Of a stretch of 64,000 bases of DNA, positions 26,828-35,904 are shown piece after piece. Both the position numbers and the translations under genes were made by a program. Source of the stretch: a virus. The notes under the pieces are model-generated. The model saw only the letters and a program-made list of their open reading frames with translations, made no database searches and was not told the DNA's origin. The stretch covers positions 30,462-94,461 of IMG/VR virus record IMGVR_UViG_3300027763_000001. One strand, written 5' to 3'. The stretch's first letter is position 1, and each line of letters begins with the position of its first letter.

Positions 26828-27403
26828 CTAGCCGAACAGTCCGCCCAGAGCCTTGCCGGCCACTCCGCCGATCGCTCCTCCAGCGGGTCCACCAAAGACC
26901 GATCCGACCACCGATCCGATCGCTCCAAGGAGGCCGCCGCTCCTGTTTTTGGTCGCCTTCTGTTGCTCGCTGTAGTTCCGCGTCACGTACTGCTGTTCCT
27001 CCCACAGCTTGGCATCTGCAAGCCCCTGGCTCCTCTGCATCAGCGCTTGCCCCGTGCCATCCAGCGCCATGGCAGCCGCGCTCCCCTGCGCCTGGGACAG
27101 CGCTTCGCTCCCGCTCGCAAAGGCACGGCCGGCATCGCTGCTCGCCCTGAACCCCTCCTGGTTCGGTCTCACTGGACCGTTCTCCGCCGCTGCTCGCACG
27201 CTGTCCATAGCCCGCCCCGGGCCCGGGGCCGCCGACTGCCCTGTCGCCGCCGATGACAGCCTTTGTACGGGCTCTGGCGCGCTACTTGCCAGCGAGCCGC
27301 CTTGGCCATCGCCCCAGTCTCTCTTCGTGAACTGCACAGCGCCCGGCGGCGCGTAGGCCTGCTCGGGCGTGTAACTGCCTGAGAATTCGTAGTTGCGTCT
27401 CAT
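26828..27403 (-). CDS. Putative internal virion protein with C-terminal glycine zipper
   Basis: GGLLGAIGSVVGSVFGGPAGGAIGGVAGKALGGLFG. Confidence 0.6.
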   Translation of the reverse strand: MRRNYEFSGSYTPEQAYAPPGAVQFTKRDWGDGQGGSLASSAPEPVQRLSSAATGQSAAPGPGRAMDSVRAAAENGPVRPNQEGFRASSDAGRAFASGSEALSQAQGSAAAMALDGTGQALMQRSQGLADAKLWEEQQYVTRNYSEQQKATKNRSGGLLGAIGSVVGSVFGGPAGGAIGGVAGKALGGLFG

Positions 27404-27735
27404 CGCCTGCCGCCGGAAACAATCTGGCCAAGGGCACCACCGATCGCCTCGAGCACCTGCAAATTATCCCTGCCTGCGCCCTGCGACTGCGCAGAGCCCA
27501 TGGAACCCGCCGAGTAGCCCTTCGGCTTTCGCCTGTTGACGCTGCGGAAAGCTCTCATCTGCTCGTCATTGACCTGCTTTTGTGCGATCGCACTGGCCTG
27601 ATTGCTCAGCCCTCGCCCGATCATCTCCCCCATCCCCCGGACGCCCGCCGTCCTGGCCGAAGTAAAGGCGTCCACGGCACTGCCCCCTTCGCTGCCACCC
27701 GCGAAACTGCTCCCGCCCATCACGTTCAGTCTCAT
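27400..27735 (-). CDS. Gly/Ser/Ala-rich hypothetical virion protein
   Basis: ATGA overlaps at both ends; 111 aa. Confidence 0.55.
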   Translation of the reverse strand: MRLNVMGGSSFAGGSEGGSAVDAFTSARTAGVRGMGEMIGRGLSNQASAIAQKQVNDEQMRAFRSVNRRKPKGYSAGSMGSAQSQGAGRDNLQVLEAIGGALGQIVSGGRR

Positions 27736-29147
27736 CGCCGTCCTCCAGTTGCCCCATTCTGGCCCACCCGGGGCGGCGCGGGCAACTCAGCCGGCGCAGT
27801 GCCTGGCTCTTCTTCTTCCTCGATCGGCGCTTTGCCCTTCAGCCCCCTCCGCACACCCTCCAGAGTCGAGCCGATCAGGGCCGCCGCTGTCAGTGACCCG
27901 CCTCCGTGGATCAGCACGTCCTTGAGCACCTCGTTCTCTACGGCACGGTTGTACTTACCGTGATTCGCAACGGCGTCCGCAACCGCCACCTCATGCGACT
28001 CCGCCGGGCCCCGCTCGTCCTGCGGCGTCCCCTTGAGCACCGCCAGTTTTCCCAGCGCCTCCTGTCTCCGCTGCAGCAAGTCCACCCCGATCTCCCCGCT
28101 TACCGGATCCACCCCGCTTCGCGTCAAGCGCATCGCCGCTTTCCGCGCTCCGTACCGCCCTCCCGCCGCCATCGCCACCGCTGGAATAATCGCCGTCGCC
28201 ACCGGCAGCGACTTACCCAGGAAGTTCACCTCTGCCCCGTGAATCCCGTCGGCAGTCAGCTTGATCGGCCACTTGCTTCCGTGCAGGAAGGCCTTGTACT
28301 GCTCGTACTCTCCTTTGGTCACATCGGGCCGTTCTTGCACAAAATCCCGGTACGGCAGCAGTTCTCCGCTCCGCCCCAGCACCATCTCGCTCAAAAACTC
28401 CGCCGCTGGGCTGCTTGACTCCCGCCGATCACCATCGCCAGGCGCAGCCGCGCCGTATCCATCCAGTCGCCCAAAACTGCCGTTGGCAAACTTCATCGCG
28501 ATCCATGCTGGTGCCGTCGCAGCCATTCGCATCGCCCGGCTTTTGAGCAGTGGCGCCGGCACGTCAGAGATCCCCGCCTGGGCGTGGTGTAGCCCCTGCA
28601 GCGTTGCCACGCTCGTTACTGCCTCCCCGGCATTCATCAGCCACCACAAGTTCATCAACCCCTGCACTCCAACGGCGTCCGCCATCGTTACGCCAAGGGC
28701 TTGGGCCGCCTTGCGCCGCCCGCTATCCCCGATCGGCTCCTGCACCGTCGGGTTGTCAAACTCAGGGGTGAAGTCCTTGTGGACCGTGCCAGCCCGCAGG
28801 TCCGGCAGGGCTTCCCGCGCCGCGCCGAACCCCTCCATCCGCTCCTTGGAATACCCGCCCAGCGGGATGCGCTGCACCCATCCCGGCGTATTCCACGGCA
28901 GCCGCTGTCCCAGTGCCGTATCGCCCACCCTTCCGGGCAGGTGCTGCCTGGCGTAGTCCAGCAATGGCGAGCTTCCGGCCGCGTCCTCAAGGACTGAGTT
29001 CTCGAACCCTCCGCCGACGCCCCGGGCCACCAGGTTTTGGTACTCCCTGGGATTTGAGCGGAACGCCTGCGCAGCGATCCACTTCAGCTCATCCCAATCG
29101 AAGGGAAGATTCGCGTTTTGGATCACCTGCGAGCCGTTCGCCATCAC
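27732..29147 (-). CDS. Putative internal virion protein
   Basis: 471 aa with several hydrophobic helices; operonic. Confidence 0.6.
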   Translation of the reverse strand: MMANGSQVIQNANLPFDWDELKWIAAQAFRSNPREYQNLVARGVGGGFENSVLEDAAGSSPLLDYARQHLPGRVGDTALGQRLPWNTPGWVQRIPLGGYSKERMEGFGAAREALPDLRAGTVHKDFTPEFDNPTVQEPIGDSGRRKAAQALGVTMADAVGVQGLMNLWWLMNAGEAVTSVATLQGLHHAQAGISDVPAPLLKSRAMRMAATAPAWIAMKFANGSFGRLDGYGAAAPGDGDRRESSSPAAEFLSEMVLGRSGELLPYRDFVQERPDVTKGEYEQYKAFLHGSKWPIKLTADGIHGAEVNFLGKSLPVATAIIPAVAMAAGGRYGARKAAMRLTRSGVDPVSGEIGVDLLQRRQEALGKLAVLKGTPQDERGPAESHEVAVADAVANHGKYNRAVENEVLKDVLIHGGGSLTAAALIGSTLEGVRRGLKGKAPIEEEEEPGTAPAELPAPPRVGQNGATGGRR

Positions 29148-29768
29148 TCAGTTCCCCATCGACTGCAGGACAAGGTCCTGCACTTCCCTTGGCTGCTGCG
29201 CCAGGAACCGGGCGAACATTTCGTCGCCGCTGTCGCCCGTCGCCAGGCCGGGGCTGGCTGCTCCGTAATTCGACGGCAGCTCCAGTGGCGATGGCCCGAA
29301 CTGCTGCCGCGTAAAGCCGCCCTGTGCTGGTGCCGGCGGTGGCGCCGCAACAGCAGGCACCAGCTTGGCTCCTGCCTGCTGTTGCTGCTTCTGCAAGATT
29401 CCCTCCATCAGCGGCCGCGGCGACCCGAAGCCAACCCCCATCTCGGTCACCATCGAGCCGCCCAGCCTGGCCATGTCCAGCGCCTGCGGACTCTGCAGCT
29501 TCAGCAGCCTGCCCACCCGGTCACCAGCTACTCGGCCGCCCAGGGATCCGAGCAGTCCAATCCCCAGGTCTTCGGCCCCGATCGCCAGCGAATCCCCAGC
29601 ATTGCCGCCCCCGAACGCCGCCCCGGAAAACAGTGCCGCCAGACCGTTGCCCCCGTACTCCAGTCCCATCTGCAGCTTGTCGATCTTGCCCGCCTCATCG
29701 CGAGGCACCAGCACCCGCTTCAGGTAGTCCAGCGCCCGTCCGCCCAGTCCCGCGAATCTCATGCTCAT
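29148..29768 (-). CDS. Putative internal virion protein with glycine-rich hydrophobic segments
   Basis: 206 aa; abuts the next gene. Confidence 0.55.
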   Translation of the reverse strand: MSMRFAGLGGRALDYLKRVLVPRDEAGKIDKLQMGLEYGGNGLAALFSGAAFGGGNAGDSLAIGAEDLGIGLLGSLGGRVAGDRVGRLLKLQSPQALDMARLGGSMVTEMGVGFGSPRPLMEGILQKQQQQAGAKLVPAVAAPPPAPAQGGFTRQQFGPSPLELPSNYGAASPGLATGDSGDEMFARFLAQQPREVQDLVLQSMGN

Positions 29769-30130
29769 GCGATCCCTCCGGGCCCGCCTTGTGGCTTGCT
29801 CGTCGGTCCAGGCGAAGGCTGCACCGGCGCCATTGCCGGTGGCAGCGCAAACGGTGATCCGGGGGACTGCATCGCATCCATAAATCCCTTCAGCGCCGGC
29901 CCGGCCGCCGCCACCAGGTCCGCTCGCTGGAACGCCTCAGCGATCTCATCACCCGCAAACCGCGTCGTCCCAGCCGGAGACGGCGTCCCTCGCACCGACA
30001 CCCCCGCACGGGTTGGGCTGGACGCCGGAGACTCCTTCAGGCTGTTCGCATTCACAACCGCAGCGCTAAGCGCGCGCCGCACCGAATCAGGCGGGCCTGT
30101 CAATGGAGAGAGGGAAAGGCCGCCAGCCAT
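29765..30130 (-). CDS. Hypothetical protein
   Basis: ATG at 30130; ATGA overlap with the next gene. Confidence 0.5.
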   Translation of the reverse strand: MAGGLSLSPLTGPPDSVRRALSAAVVNANSLKESPASSPTRAGVSVRGTPSPAGTTRFAGDEIAEAFQRADLVAAAGPALKGFMDAMQSPGSPFALPPAMAPVQPSPGPTSKPQGGPGGIA

Positions 30131-30168
30131 AGGTCTCAACCTGAGATGCCCATCCTAGGCGGCTTCGC

Positions 30169-32886
30169 TCACACCCTCCGCGCTCGCGCCAGGGCTATCA
30201 GCTGTTCCATCGTCGCGTTCCGCATCTGCGGCGCCCTGGCCGGGTCTACCCGAGAGGCGGATGGCGCCAAAGCCGGGTTTTGTCCCCACGTCCCCACCAC
30301 CGGGTCCGCCCCCGACAACCCCAAGGGCGGATTTTTGCGCGACTGGGGCTGCCACTCGAGTTCGCTCATCGACGGGCCTGCGCCCGCCTCGATACCGGTC
30401 TGCGCCGCCAGATCCCTTAGCAGTGTCCGCAGCCGCAGTTCGCCTCCAGTCCCGACCTGTTGAGACGCCATCGCAGGCCGCGCCTCGTCCCCGTACCGCC
30501 CGGGGCCCGTCACCGCGTTCAGCTCTAGTTCTGCGCCCACGTTGATCGGCCGCGCCGCGGGTGCCGAGTAGTCCGGCCCAGGACCCACCTCGCCCCTGGT
30601 CGGCGACATGACGTTCTCCCCCAGCCAGCCCTCTATCGCCGCCACCGTCTGCCGGTCGAATCGGCTTGGGGCCCGCATCACTTCCGCCGCCTGCCGTGGC
30701 GCCAGCCCGCCTGGCAGCTCCGCACCCTGGTTCAGTGCATATCCGCCCATCACGCTTTCGGCCGTTGGCGCTGGCACCGGCGGCGGCACTGGCACCCCCG
30801 GATAGATCTCGCCGCCCTTGAAGTCGTCGAACTGCCACATCCCGGGCGCTGCGTCCAGCCGCCTGCCCTGCACGTCTCGCGCATGTTCCAGCAGCGGCTT
30901 CACCACTCCGTGCCACGTATCGCCATACGCCTGGCTCGCAAGTGTCGGCCCAATCGCCGGCGCGCGCACCGGGGCGTCCTCTGCTGGACGGCCGCCCAGC
31001 CTCGCGATCGTGTCCAGCATCGTGAACAGCGAGTTGTCGTACACCGTCCCTCGCTCCGTTCGCCCCACCCGCTCCACCCGGTCCGGGAAGTCCCCGCGCA
31101 CCGCCGCGCTCCGGCTCGACACCGCGTCCGCCCCCAGCGTCCGCTGCATAGCCGTGTTCTGTACCGCATTGATCAGTGGATCCGTCAGTCCGGTGTCCCC
31201 CACCAGTCGCCAATCCCCCGGAACCCCCGCATACTCCGCCAGCGCCTGCACCAGCGACCGCGCTCCTTCCAGCTTCTCCTGCTGCCACTTTGCGTTCTCG
31301 CCCACTCGATATCGCCTGGTGAACACCTCATCGCCCTCGCCCTGCTCCGGCGCCCATTGATCCACGGCGAACACCGCCGGGCCCGGCACCGGCCGCCCGT
31401 CCTGCTCTTGCACGATCACCAGCTGCCCGTCGCCCAGGTCAGCCACCATCGGCTTCACGTCGGCCTCGTTCCAATATCGCTGCACTGCCCCGAAGTCCGG
31501 CTCCACCGGCCGCCGCCCCATCACCAGCGTCCGCACCGGCGTTTCGGCCTCCTCCAGCGCTCGCTGGAAGGCCTGTCCCACCGTTGGCCACGTTGCCGCC
31601 CTCGGCACCCCCGGATCGTTCGGCCGGCTAAATCCGTGCGTCCGGCCGAGCTCGTCGACGTTCCACTCTTCCGGATTCGGCGCTCCTACCGCCTCGTAGG
31701 CCCCCATCTCGAACTTCCCCGTCGCAGGCTCGGACTGCGAATACCGCTTGGCCAGCCCGATCAGCGGGTGGTCGTCCGCCAAGCCCAGATCCATCGGATC
31801 CAGCACCACGCTCGGATCCACCAGCAGCTGCCGCACGCCACGCGGGTCCACCGCCAACACCCGCCGCGCTTTCCCTTTCTCGTTCAGCTCGTAGGCGCTC
31901 TGGTCAGCAACCGCTTCCAGCTGCTTCAGCATTTGCCCCGCACGCGCCCGCTCCATCGGGCTGGCGCCGTAGGCCGCGGTCCGCTGCGCCTGCTCTCGCG
32001 CCTGCTGTACCCACTTCTGCTCCCGTGGCTGCTGCACCGTCGGTACCTCCGTCACCGTGCTCCCGTCCCACCGCTTCTGCTCCGATCGGCGTGCCATCAG
32101 CAACGGCACATCGCCGCCAACCACCCGCTCACCGAACGACTCCTTGGCCAGCGCATTCCGGCGTCCGCTCGTCCCCACCTTCTTCCCGTGCCCAAACGTC
32201 TGCCGTAGTAGCCGCTGCTCGTCCTGGTCCAGTTGCCGCACCTTGCTCCGCAGCGCCTGGACTGCCGGCTCGTCGGGCCCGTAATACGTTGGCCCGACCT
32301 GCAACCCCTCGCCTACCGCCGTCCCCGCCGGCACCAGATCCCCCGCGCGCTCCAGGGCTCTCCCCAGCCCCAGCTCATAAAACGCCCGGCGCACTTCCCC
32401 CTGGTCATCACGCCCCTGCCGCCGGAACCCGCTCCTGTTCTCCCTCGGCACCGACAACTGCTCACCAATAGCAATCGCTACGGCCTCCCGCGCACCCAAA
32501 TTCGGACCCCCAGGCCCCGAATCCATAAACTGCGCCGCCCGTAGCGCCGTATCCGCATCCAGACTTCCCGCCGGCACCCCCGCCATCCCCTCCAAGTCCT
32601 GCACAAAGCTCCACGTCCCCGGTTCCGGCTCCATTCCGGGCTCCAATTGGCTCAACAGCGTTGATGCCGCATCCATCCGTGCGCTCACCTCCTCAAACCC
32701 TTCCGTGTTTCGCCCTCCCTCCCGCGCGCGCCCCTCCCGCAGCCGCCTAATCATCGCCGGCCCCCTGTCATACCCCTTTAACCCCCGCTCCTCGGCAAAT
32801 CGCCGCGTTTCCGCAGGCTGGAAACCACCGTTTCGGCGGCTGCCGGGGCGAATCACACGCTCTCCTTGCCCGCCACTCATCGTCAT
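30169..32886 (-). CDS. Large hypothetical protein (first gene of late operon; possible internal virion protein)
   Basis: 905-aa ORF preceded by the GTCTTAGACT motif; no recognisable domain. Confidence 0.65.
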   Translation of the reverse strand: MTMSGGQGERVIRPGSRRNGGFQPAETRRFAEERGLKGYDRGPAMIRRLREGRAREGGRNTEGFEEVSARMDAASTLLSQLEPGMEPEPGTWSFVQDLEGMAGVPAGSLDADTALRAAQFMDSGPGGPNLGAREAVAIAIGEQLSVPRENRSGFRRQGRDDQGEVRRAFYELGLGRALERAGDLVPAGTAVGEGLQVGPTYYGPDEPAVQALRSKVRQLDQDEQRLLRQTFGHGKKVGTSGRRNALAKESFGERVVGGDVPLLMARRSEQKRWDGSTVTEVPTVQQPREQKWVQQAREQAQRTAAYGASPMERARAGQMLKQLEAVADQSAYELNEKGKARRVLAVDPRGVRQLLVDPSVVLDPMDLGLADDHPLIGLAKRYSQSEPATGKFEMGAYEAVGAPNPEEWNVDELGRTHGFSRPNDPGVPRAATWPTVGQAFQRALEEAETPVRTLVMGRRPVEPDFGAVQRYWNEADVKPMVADLGDGQLVIVQEQDGRPVPGPAVFAVDQWAPEQGEGDEVFTRRYRVGENAKWQQEKLEGARSLVQALAEYAGVPGDWRLVGDTGLTDPLINAVQNTAMQRTLGADAVSSRSAAVRGDFPDRVERVGRTERGTVYDNSLFTMLDTIARLGGRPAEDAPVRAPAIGPTLASQAYGDTWHGVVKPLLEHARDVQGRRLDAAPGMWQFDDFKGGEIYPGVPVPPPVPAPTAESVMGGYALNQGAELPGGLAPRQAAEVMRAPSRFDRQTVAAIEGWLGENVMSPTRGEVGPGPDYSAPAARPINVGAELELNAVTGPGRYGDEARPAMASQQVGTGGELRLRTLLRDLAAQTGIEAGAGPSMSELEWQPQSRKNPPLGLSGADPVVGTWGQNPALAPSASRVDPARAPQMRNATMEQLIALARARRV

Positions 32887-32919
32887 CGCCCTTCCGCCCC
32901 GCTGAGTCTGGTGAGTCCG

Positions 32920-32930
32920 AGTCTAAGACC
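32920..32930 (-). promoter_or_regulatory. Candidate late promoter GGTCTTAGACT
   Basis: Exact 11-mer shared with 41962-41972; 33 nt upstream of the operon start. Confidence 0.55.
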
Positions 32931-33720
32931 GCAGTTTCGGGTGGGACGCGCCGCCCAAAACGCATTCCTTGACCCACCCCGACCGCCCCTGACCCCTCTT
33001 GACACACTTCAGCCTTCCCGATGGCTCTTCTTAAGCACGCATCCACCACCCACTCATTAGCATCAAATGTTTTCTACTATTTTTTTTTTTCAAATTAACG
33101 TCTAAAGCACCCCATAGGGGTGCGATACCCTCACGAAAAAAAACAACTGCTTGCACATGTACCGCATGTGCCGGCCTTGTCGCCGCAGTAGAGGTACCCG
33201 CAGCATGCGTTGACCAGCCACAGCCAACTTTAGCTGGATTTGCCAGCTATTGTAAGCCTTTGTCAGCCCTTGATTCTTTTAGCTTTGGGCTTTATATCTC
33301 TTCATTTGTTGCTTTTCAGGTGTTTCACCGTTGCTTACGGCCGTGCGCTTGAGCAGGGCGTAAGTTTCGCTGTAGTTGGCAAGTGTTGCTGCGTGTGTCC
33401 ACCTTCGCCAGCTACCGCCAGCCATACTCTGATTAACCATTGTTTGCTATACCGCCCCTGCCACCCCCCGGCAGCGGTTTAGCACTTCGATTGGAGGGTA
33501 TCAGCGGTGCCCAGTGAGTGTATGAGTTATCTACACGCGATGGCACGTTATTTGTCTACGTTTATACCGCTGTTGTGCTTGTCCAGTGAGTATGAGCGCC
33601 TACCCGGCCTGCCATCAGCGGATGGTCGCTGCGCTCCCTTGTGTTTGGTTGCGGCTGCGCCGTGTTGATTGAGTTGGCTGTGGCTGACAGATGTGAGCTT
33701 GTGATTGCTGCTGCAGAGGT
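32931..33720. other. AT-rich non-coding divergence region (candidate genome terminus, pac site or origin)
   Basis: T11 at 33080-33090, perfect hairpin GCACCCC-ATA-GGGGTGC at 33107-33123, A8 at 33136-33143; strand switch and composition shift. Confidence 0.5.
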
Positions 33721-33772
33721 GGAGGGGTGATGGTGCGAACTTTATTCCCCGTGCATTTTCGGGGTTATCGAC
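33721..33772 (+). repeat. Leader repeat R0 (type A, lacking left arm of hairpin 1)
   Basis: GGAGGGG-N19-CCCCGTGCATTTTCGGGGTTATCGAC-ATG. Confidence 0.75.
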
Positions 33773-33880
33773 ATGGCCATGACGATTGTACGCACACTGA
33801 ACGCTTTAGACGGGGTCATCGCTGCCCTTGTCTCCGGTTGGCGATTCCTGATCGACATCCTGTTTCCGGTTCCGTTCTGA
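33773..33880 (+). CDS. 35-aa hydrophobic peptide
   Basis: MAMTIVRTLNALDGVIAALVSGWRFLIDILFPVPF; fits exactly between R0 and R1. Confidence 0.5.
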   Translation: MAMTIVRTLNALDGVIAALVSGWRFLIDILFPVPF

Positions 33881-33885
33881 CCTGC

Positions 33886-33957
33886 TCCCCTCCTGGCATT
33901 GCTGGGAGGGGATTTCTTCGTGTCCTCTATTCCCCGTGCATCTCACGGGCTACCGCT
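33886..33957 (+). repeat. Leader repeat R1 (type B double hairpin)
   Basis: CCCCTCCTGGC-ATT-GCTGGGAGGGG ... CCCGTG-CATCT-CACGGG CTACCGCT-GTG. Confidence 0.85.
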
Positions 33958-34164
33958 GTGCTCACCACTCGTCAGTTCACCTGGCTCTACGCAGGCTTGA
34001 CAGTTTTGTTCCTTGCGATCATCGCTGTCGGGGCCATCGTTGTGCCGCTTCAACTTGAGAAAGCTGTTACGCAGCAGTGTCTCACCCGGGACTGGCCGGC
34101 CGACAAGGCTGTCGCTACTGAGGCCTGGTGCAAGGGCAACGGCTATCAGGTCGGCAGGGGCTGA
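33958..34164 (+). CDS. Small membrane protein
   Basis: GTG start; one TM helix, then QCLTRDWPADKAVATEAWCKGNGY. Confidence 0.6.
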   Translation: MLTTRQFTWLYAGLTVLFLAIIAVGAIVVPLQLEKAVTQQCLTRDWPADKAVATEAWCKGNGYQVGRG

Positions 34165-34177
34165 ACCCTGCTTCCAC

Positions 34178-34249
34178 TCCCCCTCTGGCTACTGGTCGGA
34201 GGGGTTACCTCGCGTCCTCCACTCCCCGTGCATTTTCGGGGTCACCGAC
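34178..34249 (+). repeat. Leader repeat R2 (type A double hairpin)
   Basis: CCCCTCTGGCT-ACT-GGTCGGAGGGG ... CCCCGTGCATTTTCGGGGTCACCGAC-ATG. Confidence 0.85.
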
Positions 34250-34516
34250 ATGCCTGAGAGCGCCCTTTATTTACTATCCCAGCGCCTGCGGCTGCTGGCT
34301 CGCCGTGACGTCCTGGTCTCCCCCGCCGGGGACCACGTCTCTGGCGCCATCCGGCAGCACTTCGAGCGCGCCTTCCAGCAGACGTCCGCGTTGCTCGACC
34401 TGGTGGTCGACGGCGACCAGCTGCAGGATTCAGACCTGCGCTGGCTGAGGCGGGCGCAAGCCCGAGTCGAGCGCTTGCGACCGCATGTGCGGGAGCTGGA
34501 GCACCAATCGGTTTAA
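34250..34516 (+). CDS. Hypothetical early protein
   Basis: 88 aa between R2 and R3. Confidence 0.6.
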   Translation: MPESALYLLSQRLRLLARRDVLVSPAGDHVSGAIRQHFERAFQQTSALLDLVVDGDQLQDSDLRWLRRAQARVERLRPHVRELEHQSV

Positions 34517-34521
34517 GTCTT

Positions 34522-34595
34522 TCCCCTGTCTGGCACTGCCGGGCAGGGGTCTTCTCGTGCACTCTTTGCCCCGTGCATTTTCACGGGCTGCCGCG
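34522..34595 (+). repeat. Leader repeat R3 (type B double hairpin)
   Basis: CCCCTGTCTGGC-ACT-GCCGGGCAGGGG ... CCCGTG-CATTTT-CACGGG CTGCCGCG-ATG. Confidence 0.85.
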
Positions 34596-34841
34596 ATGGA
34601 TCATCCGATCGCTACTTTCGAAGAAGGACTGGCCTTGGCCCGCCGCCAAGCGCGGGTGTTCAAGGCTATGGGCTTCGACGGCCTGGTCTGCCCCAAGCGG
34701 AGCCAGGGCCGCATCGAACTTTTGGCCGCGAAGCCAAATTCGCGCACAACAGTTCACCTCACGTTTACCCCCAACGGAGTGGAGGTGGAAACCCTGCCAA
34801 CCGGCAGCCTGGCCAAGGCGCGAGTGTTGGCGGAAGCTTAG
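34596..34841 (+). CDS. Hypothetical early protein
   Basis: 81 aa following R3. Confidence 0.6.
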   Translation: MDHPIATFEEGLALARRQARVFKAMGFDGLVCPKRSQGRIELLAAKPNSRTTVHLTFTPNGVEVETLPTGSLAKARVLAEA

Positions 34842-34864
34842 TCCTGCAGCCTGTGCCATGATCT

Positions 34865-34896
34865 CCCCGTCCTGCAGTTTGCGGGGCGGGGTTTTT
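34865..34896 (+). terminator. Intrinsic terminator-like hairpin
   Basis: CCCCGTCCTGCA-GTT-TGCGGGGCGGGG-TTTTT. Confidence 0.6.
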
Positions 34897-34920
34897 CACT
34901 GTCCTTCGACTCAATCTTTT

Positions 34921-35109
34921 GTGGCACGCTCTTTTGGCGGTCTCTTGCTAGTTGCCGTGGCCCTCGGCTACACCGCTGTGCTCGTGCATATCGGTCTGGG
35001 GGCTATCCCCGCTGCCGAGCGACTCCATGACGCGGCCGCCTGCCGCGCACAGGAAGGCCTGCCCACCGTGGGGCACGAGCGCCAGCTCCACTGCCGGGGG
35101 CTGCGGTGA
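34921..35109 (+). CDS. Small membrane protein
   Basis: GTG start, N-terminal TM helix. Confidence 0.45.
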   Translation: MARSFGGLLLVAVALGYTAVLVHIGLGAIPAAERLHDAAACRAQEGLPTVGHERQLHCRGLR

Positions 35110-35291
35110 TTGACTGCAGCCACTACACATTTGAGCTATACCACGTCGGCTCTCCTAAGCCCCTTCGCACGAAGGTGATCATCACCCGCAAGGGCGTTGA
35201 CCAGGCGACTGCCGAGCTGCCAGCTCTTACTGCTGAATACCGGTGGCAGCTGGTGGCTATTAAGGGGCCGGCTGCCCGTTTCCTCTCTTAA
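35106..35291 (+). CDS. Hypothetical protein
   Basis: GTGA overlap, 61 aa. Confidence 0.5.
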   Translation: MIDCSHYTFELYHVGSPKPLRTKVIITRKGVDQATAELPALTAEYRWQLVAIKGPAARFLS

Positions 35292-35303
35292 CCCTTCTTT
35301 CAC

Positions 35304-35495
35304 ATGTTCTCCATTTCCAACGGCGGCATGGCCGGCCGCATCGGCAACTTTGTCTGGTGCAACGGGTCGGACATGCTCGTCGATCGCTACGACAACTCCT
35401 TGCTCACCGGCGTCGACCGCTTTGGGGCCTGCTGGCTGCTCCCTCCCGAGCAGGCTGACACCTTCTGCCGGTGGATGCGGATCATTTTTGATTGA
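35304..35495 (+). CDS. Hypothetical protein
   Basis: 63 aa; tiles with neighbours. Confidence 0.5.
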   Translation: MFSISNGGMAGRIGNFVWCNGSDMLVDRYDNSLLTGVDRFGACWLLPPEQADTFCRWMRIIFD

Positions 35496-35561
35496 CCCGC
35501 ACATCCTGACCCATCCCGCCCGCCGGGACTTCCCGGCAATCCATCCCATTGCCTTTACCCC

Positions 35562-35771
35562 GTGACCAACATGTACCGCGTCGAAGCCCACAACGGTCAA
35601 ACCTGGGCCGATGGCGTCCGCTTCAACAGAAACACACAAGTGCCCGAGTTTTGCCGTCTGGCCAGAGCTGATCAGTTCGGCGATCCCCGAGACGCTCTGC
35701 GGTTCCGCCAGCAAGCGGCCAGGCTTTGCGGGGGCACCTTGCGCGTTGCCAGGGTGCCTGCTGATACCTGA
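35562..35771 (+). CDS. Hypothetical protein
   Basis: 69 aa; tiles with neighbours. Confidence 0.5.
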   Translation: MTNMYRVEAHNGQTWADGVRFNRNTQVPEFCRLARADQFGDPRDALRFRQQAARLCGGTLRVARVPADT

Positions 35772-35810
35772 CCCCAACCCGCCAGGCGCCGTGAGCCTGG
35801 CCCACACCTC

Positions 35811-35873
35811 TCCCCCTCTGGCCACCGGCTGGAGGGGGTTTTTTACTGCGCAGCTGCGGCTGTGCATCTTTTT
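35811..35873 (+). repeat. Leader repeat R4 (degenerate; terminator-like)
   Basis: CCCCCTCTGGCC-ACC-GGCTGGAGGGGG-TTTTTT, with GTGCAT at the same spacing as in R0-R3. Confidence 0.7.
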
Positions 35874-35904
35874 CGTCCCTGTGGAAGCAGGGCTCACGTT
35901 TCCC

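Noticed and set aside
30155-32544. Long alternative ORFs (30155..31288 -, 30883..32208 +) overlapping the 905-aa gene
   Set aside because: Arg/Gly/His/Pro-rich shadow frames expected from GC-rich, skewed codon usage.
33107-33123. N4-type virion RNA polymerase hairpin promoter
   Set aside because: The 3-nt-loop hairpin is suggestive, but no giant vRNAP gene is in the window, and the related array hairpins rely on G-T pairs that favour the sense strand rather than the template strand.
33240-33482. 80-aa ORF in the divergence zone
   Set aside because: TTG start, atypical composition and no supporting motif; likely non-coding.
33721-34595. Leader repeats as CRISPR or a classical integron
   Set aside because: Intervening sequences are 110-270-bp ORFs, repeats are degenerate, no RYYYAAC/GTTRRRY attC ends were recognised, and no cas or intI gene is in the window.
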